Source: Candidatus Levyibacteriota bacterium
GTDB taxonomy: Bacteria; Patescibacteriota; Microgenomatia; Levybacterales; UBA12049
Direction of reading: 5' to 3'
NCBI GenBank assembly: GCA_027459745.1
Contig: DAIDHL010000001.1
Span: 168,290-232,289 of the forward strand
Length of the DNA stretch: 64,000 nt
A model generated the notes under the pieces. The model was given only the letters and a program-made list of their open reading frames with translations. It ran no database searches and had not been told where the DNA came from. Each line of letters begins with the position of its first letter. Positions within the stretch are counted from its first letter, which is position 1. The translations under genes and the position numbers were made by a program. This document shows, one piece after another, positions 57,099-64,000 of the stretch.

Positions 57099-58055
57099 AT
57101 GAAAAAATCATTACCAATTATTGTTATCGTTGTTCTTGTAATCATTGGGATTATCTATATTACAACAAAAAATAGTAGTAATTCCAATATGCAAGGAATG
57201 CATATGATGAATGGCAGTAGCATGCAGGGTATGGATATGGGCGATAAGCAGTCAGCAGCCCAAAGCAATCGAACCTACACCTACACACTCCAATTAACAT
57301 CTTCAACAAGTAATTTACAACCGAATCAACAGACGACAATCACTTATAAAATTGTAGACGATCAAGGGAATATTTTAAAAGATTATGCTCTTGACCATAC
57401 AAAATTAATGCATTTTATTGTTGTGAGAAAAGATTTACAGGATTTTCAACATATTCATCCTGATTTCAATAAGAACACAGGTGAGTTTCGTATTCCTGTT
57501 ACCTTTCCGGAGATAGGGACATATCGGTTATTTGCCGATTTTACACCTGCAAATGGGCAAAAAGATGCACAAGGTGATATTTTAAGTGTTACGCCATATA
57601 AAGATGTAAATGTGGGAGACATCACAAAATATACACCGCAAGCAGTAACACCTGATACCCAGACAATAAAAACAGTAGGAGACTTTCAAATCACCTATAC
57701 GCTTCCACAACCGTTACAGGCAAACAAGTCCGCTACTATCACAGCTCACGTAACTAAAAACGGACAACCTGTTACTGATATGCAAGAATATTTAGGGGCA
57801 TTAGCACACGGTATTTTACTCAAACAAGACACATTAGATTTTGCTCATTTACACGATATGGGGCAAATGGGGAGTGGTAGTATGCAAGGAATGAGCATGC
57901 AGAACATGAATACAGGCAATGCTAAAATAACCAATACGGGTCCTAATATTACCTTTACCTATTCATTTCCTTCAAGTGGGGTATATAAACTCTTTACGCA
58001 ATTTGAAGAACAAGGTAACGTGATAACAACAGACTATACAATGCAGGTGCAATAA
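57099..58055 (+). CDS. exported Met/His-rich putative heavy-metal-binding protein
   Basis: MQGMHMM and MQGMSM tracts, H.KLMH.IVV..DL..F.HIHP, YLGA.AH, HLH. Confidence 0.8.
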   Translation: MKKSLPIIVIVVLVIIGIIYITTKNSSNSNMQGMHMMNGSSMQGMDMGDKQSAAQSNRTYTYTLQLTSSTSNLQPNQQTTITYKIVDDQGNILKDYALDHTKLMHFIVVRKDLQDFQHIHPDFNKNTGEFRIPVTFPEIGTYRLFADFTPANGQKDAQGDILSVTPYKDVNVGDITKYTPQAVTPDTQTIKTVGDFQITYTLPQPLQANKSATITAHVTKNGQPVTDMQEYLGALAHGILLKQDTLDFAHLHDMGQMGSGSMQGMSMQNMNTGNAKITNTGPNITFTYSFPSSGVYKLFTQFEEQGNVITTDYTMQVQ

Positions 58056-58090
58056 TACTGATTGAAGTTATTGCAAAATATAAGTTTTTT

Positions 58091-58864
58091 ATGAACAAAT
58101 TTTCTTCTTCACCTGTCACGCATCACATTGCAACTAAAGTTCCAGAGATCACTCTCATCTTTTGGATTATTAAACTACTCTCTACTGCGATGGGTGAATC
58201 AACCACTGACTATTTTGTTTACCAATTTAATCCCTACATTATTGTAGTACTTGGATTTATTGGCTTGGCCGCTGCGCTTACATTACAATTTTTTAGACGT
58301 CGTTATATTGCATGGATTTATTGGTTAACAATTGTCATGGTTGCCATATTTGGAACAATGGCAGCAGATGTTGCACATATTGTCATAGGAGTGCCCTATT
58401 TTATATCGACACTATGTTTTTCACTAGTACTTGGTATCGTTTTCTTCTCTTGGTATTTCAGTGAAAAAACACTATCTATCCATAGTATCTATACACGCCG
58501 AAGAGAATTGTTTTATTGGGCAACGGTTATGGCAACATTTGCTCTTGGTACCGCTGCAGGTGATATGACTGCTTCAACGCTGCACTTAGGATACTTTTCA
58601 TCATTTATTATATTTGTCATATTGTTTGCTCTCCCCGCTGTAGCATATAAGCTATTTGGGTTAAATGAGATTATTGCTTTTTGGTTTGCCTATGTCATCA
58701 CCCGACCACTCGGTGCGACATTTGCCGATTGGTTAGGAAAATCAATTCTCGGTGGTCTTGGAATAGGTGATGGAAAAGTAGCTTTGGTATTGACGATATT
58801 AATTATTATTTTTGTTGGCTATGTGACAGTCACAAAAACTGATGTAGATAATATGAAACTATAG
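58091..58864 (+). CDS. COG4705-type membrane protein
   Basis: KVPEIT..FW..K, GE...D, GT...D, RELFYW, TRPLGA..AD. Confidence 0.85.
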   Translation: MNKFSSSPVTHHIATKVPEITLIFWIIKLLSTAMGESTTDYFVYQFNPYIIVVLGFIGLAAALTLQFFRRRYIAWIYWLTIVMVAIFGTMAADVAHIVIGVPYFISTLCFSLVLGIVFFSWYFSEKTLSIHSIYTRRRELFYWATVMATFALGTAAGDMTASTLHLGYFSSFIIFVILFALPAVAYKLFGLNEIIAFWFAYVITRPLGATFADWLGKSILGGLGIGDGKVALVLTILIIIFVGYVTVTKTDVDNMKL

Positions 58865-58879
58865 TCAAAAACCCAGTAC

Positions 58880-59884
58880 TTATTCTGTATTATTTATGAT
58901 TGTTTTCGCTCCAGAAATGTACCCATAAGAATTCCATGATATATTGAGATAATGCAATAATGCTTGTCCGGTCATATATCCAGGTCGCACACGAAAGAGA
59001 AAATACCTATTCTGCTGGTTTTGCTCATTTCCTGCAATTGTTGACGCTGCTGTCGTGAATCCTGCCTGCTTTACAACACTGAGTGTCTGTGCATCAAATG
59101 CACCATAAGGATAGGCAAAGGAATAGACATGGATATGATATTCTTGCTCAAGCATCGTTTTGCTGGTATCAACTTCCTCTTGTACATATGCGAGCGGTTT
59201 CCCTTTCAGTAATACGTGATGAACAGTATGCGCACCAATGTCCACCAGACCACTGTTAACAACGTCTTGGAGCTCTTTTGGAGTAAGGGAGTCAGAGTTC
59301 GTACCCACAAAGCCTGGGACGATATATGCCGTTACTTTTATATGGTATTTTTTCAAAATTGGTAGAACGTTTGTGTCTAAATCCCAATGTCCATCATCAA
59401 ATGTCAAAATTATTGGATTTTGGGGAAGTGGCATCTTTCCATCAAGGATATCTCCTAATTCTTTTGCAGTAATAAAGGTATATCCGGCTTGCAAAAGGGT
59501 TTGAATTTGCTCTTCAAAGACGTTTGGGTCAACATTTAAAAGTTGACGTTCTGTATCTTTGGTATTTTGTACGTACTCAACGTAATGGTACATAAGAATA
59601 GGCACATGCAGCGTTGCAGAGATACTTGCTGTGTGTGTTTGTTGCTGGAGGACTTTTCTCACATCGGATGGTATCTTTTTCAGAGAGTTTTTCTCAGTTT
59701 CAGGAACCATTTTTTGATGTAAAGACGATGTTCTATAGAACAAAAAGCCTCCAAGTAAAGTAAGGATTGCTATAGCAATAAGTAATGGTATATATCGTTT
59801 TTGATGCAATACTTCCCCAAGGAGACTTTTTTTAAGAATTATTTTATTTTTCTGACGACGTCTTTTACGTTGTTGCACTGGCAT
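58880..59884 (-). CDS. polysaccharide deacetylase (IcaB/PgaB-like)
   Basis: PILMYH, LTFDDG, GAHT..H, FAYPYG. Confidence 0.92.
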   Translation of the reverse strand: MPVQQRKRRRQKNKIILKKSLLGEVLHQKRYIPLLIAIAILTLLGGFLFYRTSSLHQKMVPETEKNSLKKIPSDVRKVLQQQTHTASISATLHVPILMYHYVEYVQNTKDTERQLLNVDPNVFEEQIQTLLQAGYTFITAKELGDILDGKMPLPQNPIILTFDDGHWDLDTNVLPILKKYHIKVTAYIVPGFVGTNSDSLTPKELQDVVNSGLVDIGAHTVHHVLLKGKPLAYVQEEVDTSKTMLEQEYHIHVYSFAYPYGAFDAQTLSVVKQAGFTTAASTIAGNEQNQQNRYFLFRVRPGYMTGQALLHYLNISWNSYGYISGAKTIINNTE

Positions 59885-59970
59885 AGCTGGGATAAATGAA
59901 CACTAGGAATTTTAATTATAACATGAGTTTATAAAACAATGATTATCTTGGATAAAACAAAGGAGGAGGA

Positions 59971-60198
59971 TCAGAAGGGAATCAAGTCTTTTATCTTCAC
60001 TCCCAAAACTTGCGAAATCTTATACATCGTCTCAAAGGCAGGGAAGTTATATCCTGCTTCAATATATGCAATAGACGTTAAGGCTAATCCCGCTCTTTCT
60101 GCAAGCTGTTCTTGGGTTAACCCTTTCTCTTTTCTCAACTTCTGAATATGTCTTCCCAACGTTTGCCGCATATTATTTAGTTTAGTATCATTACTCAT
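59971..60198 (-). CDS. XRE-family HTH regulator
   Basis: LG..I..LR..KGLTQEQLAE.AGL, IE.G...P. Confidence 0.9.
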   Translation of the reverse strand: MSNDTKLNNMRQTLGRHIQKLRKEKGLTQEQLAERAGLALTSIAYIEAGYNFPAFETMYKISQVLGVKIKDLIPF

Positions 60199-60230
60199 AC
60201 TTACAGGCTAACATAATCAGCGGGAAAATC

Positions 60231-60303
60231 TATTAGTCTATGACTAATAATGCATCTTGACAACCTGCAAACTTTGAGGCAATATATTAGTCATAGACTA
60301 ATA
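60231..60303. promoter_or_regulatory. paired palindromic operators flanking a promoter
   Basis: TATTAGTC-TAT-GACTAATA (60231-60249) and TATTAGTC-ATA-GACTAATA (60285-60303), with TTGACA(60257)-17-CAATAT between them. Confidence 0.8.
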
Positions 60304-60306
60304 AGT

Positions 60307-60651
60307 ATGGAGCTATATCTAGAAGATATTGTATGGGGGAATAGGCTGTACGTTAACGCACAGTTTACAGTTACATTTGTATCATTGCTTCAAAAGTATG
60401 CGCAAGGGAAAATTCCTCTCGCCTACTTCTTTTCTTATGCTCATGCTATAAAAATGCAACGAAAAATCATACTTTATAAAGATTTAGCCAGACAAATAGA
60501 TGAGATTACTACTCTTGAAGATCTCATTAAGACAGGAAAGGTAACTCTTCGTGATGTTCGTGTGATCCACTACATTATAAATCGGGTGTATATCCAGCTT
60601 ACAGGAGCCCCCTTAGACTTTGTAAGAACTTCTAACGATACATTATCTTAA
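60307..60651 (+). CDS. hypothetical protein divergent from XRE
   Basis: In-frame ATG at 60307 downstream of the promoter; the ORF-track start at 60250 lies inside the regulatory region. Confidence 0.6.
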   Translation: MELYLEDIVWGNRLYVNAQFTVTFVSLLQKYAQGKIPLAYFFSYAHAIKMQRKIILYKDLARQIDEITTLEDLIKTGKVTLRDVRVIHYIINRVYIQLTGAPLDFVRTSNDTLS

Positions 60652-60666
60652 TCCCTACCTCTGTTA

Positions 60667-60778
60667 AGGGCTGCGCCCCTCTTTTGCAAGGGTATATAAA
60701 CGAAGTCGTTGCTTCGCCCTTGCAAAATTCACCCTGCTATTGCATCGCAGGTATAGGAAGCAGGCAGGCTGCTTCCTA
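60667..60778. other. GC-rich multi-hairpin non-coding element
   Basis: TTTTGCAAGGG/CCCTTGCAAAA with nested CGAAG/CTTCG; CCTGC/GCAGG; TAGGAAGCAG/CTGCTTCCTA. Confidence 0.7.
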
Positions 60779-60821
60779 AAAAATATTTTCAAATATACGC
60801 AGCCAGAAAGGGGTGAATAAA

Positions 60822-61160
60822 ATGAATCCAGTAATTACAGCAGATTTCTCACAATTTGGTATACGAGAACTGACCTTTGCACAGCTATTACTCAAAGCAT
60901 ATGCAGAAAGAGGTGCCGATTTTTTAGGGTGTGGGTTAACAGTCAATTTCAATACACACAGTGGGTATGTTTTCTTATCGGATGAAGATTACAACGTTGG
61001 TGTACTCGATGAAACAGAAGAATACATCGTGCAATTTTACTCATGCCCACAATGTGGCTATGAAGGGACACAACAAGAAGCAGTGGATAATGGCTGTGAC
61101 TTCGTTAAAAACGACGGGTACTGTTCGAAAAAATGCTACGAGCGTGAGTGGAGTTGTTAA
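60822..61160 (+). CDS. hypothetical protein with C-terminal Cys motifs (possible zinc finger)
   Basis: SD AAAGGGGTGA before ATG 60822; CPQCG and YCSKKC. Confidence 0.7.
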   Translation: MNPVITADFSQFGIRELTFAQLLLKAYAERGADFLGCGLTVNFNTHSGYVFLSDEDYNVGVLDETEEYIVQFYSCPQCGYEGTQQEAVDNGCDFVKNDGYCSKKCYEREWSC

Positions 61161-61232
61161 AAAAATTCTGCCCACCTGCCCATAATATTATTTGACAATC
61201 TACCAGCAGAACAATATACTGAGGTTATTATC

Positions 61233-61665
61233 ATGGAGAATGGCGAACAATCAGAACAACGGCCACAACAATTTCAGGAATACGGAGACGTAAACCTCCT
61301 GATGACCAATGGAGTAATATAACTATTACTCGCCCACTACGTGGAGGCAAGACAGAACAGATAGAACTTCGGTTCCCTTTACGACTACAGAACTAGATAC
61401 CATAAATGCAGCCAGACAAGCGAGGGATACACTTGCGGATGAAGCATTAGCAGGAAGTGGTCATGTGCGAACTTTTTATACCCAGGAATCAATACCGCAA
61501 GGCTATTCACTGCAAGATAGATCAAGTGCAGTACAATCAATGCGAAAAGCCGCAATGTATGCAGCAACACTTCTTGATCGACCTGGCATTTCAAACCCAT
61601 CAAGGGCAACATTGACGACAGTAGTTGATACACTGCAGCCATTCCTTGCTCCTAAGAAGGGATAA
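61233..61665 (+). pseudogene. possible frameshifted hypothetical gene
   Basis: Promoter TTGACA..TATACT and ATG 61233, then three short overlapping open frames that join to the 61465-61665 ORF. Confidence 0.3.
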
Positions 61666-61669
61666 ATAG

Positions 61670-62434
61670 CTAGTCAACAGTTTCCCAAATATTTACATTA
61701 GATTGTGCAAAGCGAATTTTATCTTTGGTTGTCACAAAAAAGGAAATGTCAGCAAATGATTTCTCCAGTACCGCCTTTCCGTAATATACAATATGCTTTT
61801 TCATTCGCTCATTTGCACAAATAAATAATATAGTTGGAAACGGCGCATCATCTGTATTTGTACTCCAATCTCCTTCGTCAAGGTATTTCAAGTATCCTTG
61901 CAGTCGCCCCCGAATAACACGGGAAGGAGTCGCTTCGTCAAAATAGTCGAGAAAGTATCGCTCAACTTTGTCCTTTGCCAGTTCTGTAATATACGCATCA
62001 GGTAATGGCTCAGGAAAATAATCATACATCCATAATTCAGATTGGGTAAAATAGTCTACTAGTGTACTTTCTCCTTTCTGTTCACAAAAGAAAAAATAAA
62101 GGTCAGCAATAAAAAGATTTCGATTAATAAAATTTTTCGTCTTTGTTTTTTCTTTGTATAACCACCGAAGTAAATTGGGATTGCATGCTTCATTTTCTTT
62201 AAGAATATGTCGTGACTTACTCTCCAAATGAAAGATATATGGTTTTGTCACATTACTTTTATCTGATATACAACCAATATATCCTTTTTCTTTTAAATCT
62301 GTTACCCATGCTTTAATGCGATGGGGGTCTTTGTGATGAAAGAGTTTTTGGAGATGAGAAATAGTAAGAAAGCGGAATCGATAGAGTTGATATTGTAGTT
62401 CTTTTTCTTTTTTAGTGGTCGGTGGTAATACCAT
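61670..62434 (-). CDS. replication-relaxation (Replic_Relax, MOB_C-like) protein
   Basis: LYRFRFL, W..DL.EKGYI, PLPDAYI..YFLD, FPTIL; adjacent to the coupling protein. Confidence 0.8.
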   Translation of the reverse strand: MVLPPTTKKEKELQYQLYRFRFLTISHLQKLFHHKDPHRIKAWVTDLKEKGYIGCISDKSNVTKPYIFHLESKSRHILKENEACNPNLLRWLYKEKTKTKNFINRNLFIADLYFFFCEQKGESTLVDYFTQSELWMYDYFPEPLPDAYITELAKDKVERYFLDYFDEATPSRVIRGRLQGYLKYLDEGDWSTNTDDAPFPTILFICANERMKKHIVYYGKAVLEKSFADISFFVTTKDKIRFAQSNVNIWETVD

Positions 62435-62581
62435 AGAGTTTATTAAAATATATCTGTTTGTGAGTCCATTTCGATCCTCTTATATACTATATAAGAATAA
62501 GAAGGATGTATTTCTCATAAAAATAGATTCAAAACCAACAAATTTATGTACCCACACGTAGGTACAATTCGTCGGTACTAT

Positions 62582-64000
62582 TCATTGTCCTTTTTTGCGC
62601 TTGGGTAATCGGTTATTTGTTACAGATTCCTCCTTCGTTCCATTGTCTTCTTTGTTAGTCTTCTCATCATTTGTAAATGTAGGTTTGATTACTGCTTTTG
62701 TTATTTTTTTGACTATTTTCTTCACGTAAATAATCGCATAATTCTTCCTCGATGCTTCAATCAACCGTTGTATTCTTATCTGATCTTTAACAATTGCCTC
62801 TTTGATTGTTTCTCCTGAGAATGGTTCTTCTGATTCAAGGGCAGTAATTTTAATATAGAATCGAAAACGGGGAAGATTCATGATTTCTCCCTTTTGTAAG
62901 AACGGTGCAAATTGCGAAAGCAATAAGTCTTCATCAATGGGATTACCTGTTCGGAAACTGACAATGGTTGTGACATTAGCTAAGATAACGGGAACAATTG
63001 TTCTATCTTGTTGCTGAGACGTTGACTGCTCGGCAATGATTAACCGTAGTCCATATTTACGTCCCTCGGCAAGCAACTTGGTAAATGATTGGGTTGCAAA
63101 GTTTTGGAATTCATCAACATAGAGATAAAATGGTCTTCGTGTTTCTTCTGGAATGTTTGCCCGTTTGAGTGCTGCTTGTTGCAGTTTTGTTAGTATCGTT
63201 ATTCCTAACAGTCGTGATGTATCTTCACCGATGCGTTGTGAGAAATTACAGATGAGGATTTTCCCATTTAATATTTCATCAAAGTTAATGGTTGACTTTG
63301 GTTGTTCCAATATGCGTCTCGCAGTAGGCGATCGGAAGAATCGACTTACCTTTGCTGTGACACCTTGTGTCATTTTGACGACTTGGAAGTCACCTGCTTT
63401 GCCAAATTCATATTTCCAAAAGTCGAGTAATTCCTCATCGTCAGTTATTTTTTTGAGGACATCATTTCTGAATTTTGGGTTCGATAATATTTTATTCAAT
63501 GTGAATAATGTTGCGTCTTCGACATAAAATGCTGTATAAATCGTTTGTCGAAGGATATGCTCAATGCGATGGGCATTGGCATGTTCTTCTTTGGAGAAGA
63601 CTTTGCGAAAGAGCGAAACAACACCCTCTGTGACTGTTTCTTTTTCCAGTTCTGTCTCATCGTCATCTAATCCCTTGGTCAATTCCAATACGTTGATCCC
63701 AACTGGATATTTCAAATCGGCTGGATTAACGTACACAAGATCATTGATACGTTCTTCAGGGATCGTCGCGAGTAATTCTTGTGCCACATCACCATGCGGA
63801 TCAATAAAAGCAATCCCTCTGCCTTTTTGGATATCTTCCATTGCCATACGAAACATCATGGTTGTTTTCCCACTTCCGGTTCTTCCCAGAATATACATGT
63901 GCGTTGCCCGCTGCTCGTCAGTTAGACCAATTTCTGTTGTTATGCCTCCATAGGTATTTTTAGCAAAGACGACATCCAATTGTTTGCCTTGTTTAAGCGA
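62582..64000 (-). CDS. VirD4/TraG-like type IV coupling ATPase (5' truncated by window)
   Basis: H.YILGRTGSGKT, IDPHGD, YVDEFQ, EGRKYG; frame stays open to the window edge. Confidence 0.9.
   Translation of the reverse strand, partial: SLKQGKQLDVVFAKNTYGGITTEIGLTDEQRATHMYILGRTGSGKTTMMFRMAMEDIQKGRGIAFIDPHGDVAQELLATIPEERINDLVYVNPADLKYPVGINVLELTKGLDDDETELEKETVTEGVVSLFRKVFSKEEHANAHRIEHILRQTIYTAFYVEDATLFTLNKILSNPKFRNDVLKKITDDEELLDFWKYEFGKAGDFQVVKMTQGVTAKVSRFFRSPTARRILEQPKSTINFDEILNGKILICNFSQRIGEDTSRLLGITILTKLQQAALKRANIPEETRRPFYLYVDEFQNFATQSFTKLLAEGRKYGLRLIIAEQSTSQQQDRTIVPVILANVTTIVSFRTGNPIDEDLLLSQFAPFLQKGEIMNLPRFRFYIKITALESEEPFSGETIKEAIVKDQIRIQRLIEASRKNYAIIYVKKIVKKITKAVIKPTFTNDEKTNKEDNGTKEESVTNNRLPKRKKGQ

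Larger units (their letters stand above)
39985..64000. mobile_element. ICE-like element, right end outside the window
   Basis: Starts at the second att-like core; carries VirB2/VirB6/PrgI/VirB4/M23 genes, cargo, Replic_Relax and a VirD4-like ATPase. Confidence 0.75.

Noticed and set aside
648-63953. Numerous short antisense or overlapping ORFs in the track (e.g. 648-902, 3384-3623, 16010-16366, 42372-42881, 63153-63953)
   Set aside because: They are shadows of well-supported genes and have no motifs or start signals
1-64000. CRISPR array, rRNA, IS transposase or prophage structural genes
   Set aside because: No regularly spaced repeats, cas genes, rRNA-like tracts, transposase or capsid/terminase motifs were seen

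Overview
AT-rich bacterial chromosome segment. Gene content and style suggest Patescibacteria/CPR of the Microgenomates type (inferred, not confirmed by search). About 1-33.4 kb is core genome: LysM gene end, tRNA-Gly(CCC), pyrG, rplS, uvrB, lexA, rsmI, acetyl-CoA synthetase, a PEP-synthase homolog lacking its canonical phospho-His, an Hpt-receiver protein, a type IV pilus cluster, phosphomannomutase, holA, dus and isopentenyl phosphate kinase. Many of these genes look leaderless. From about 33.4 kb to the window end there appears to be a tandem array of two related serine-recombinase elements. The first is a 6.4-kb mobilisable unit (XRE switch, DUF262-HNH-HEPN defence protein, Replic_Relax relaxase, large serine recombinase) bounded by 168-bp direct repeats that end at a dyad att-like core inside the recombinase 3' end. 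The second is a >24-kb ICE-like element (VirB2/VirB6/PrgI/VirB4/M23 module, CsoR- and BlaI-regulated metal/thiol-redox cargo, second XRE switch, second Replic_Relax, VirD4-like coupling protein) that runs off the window. All calls come from reading motifs by eye; no searches were run.
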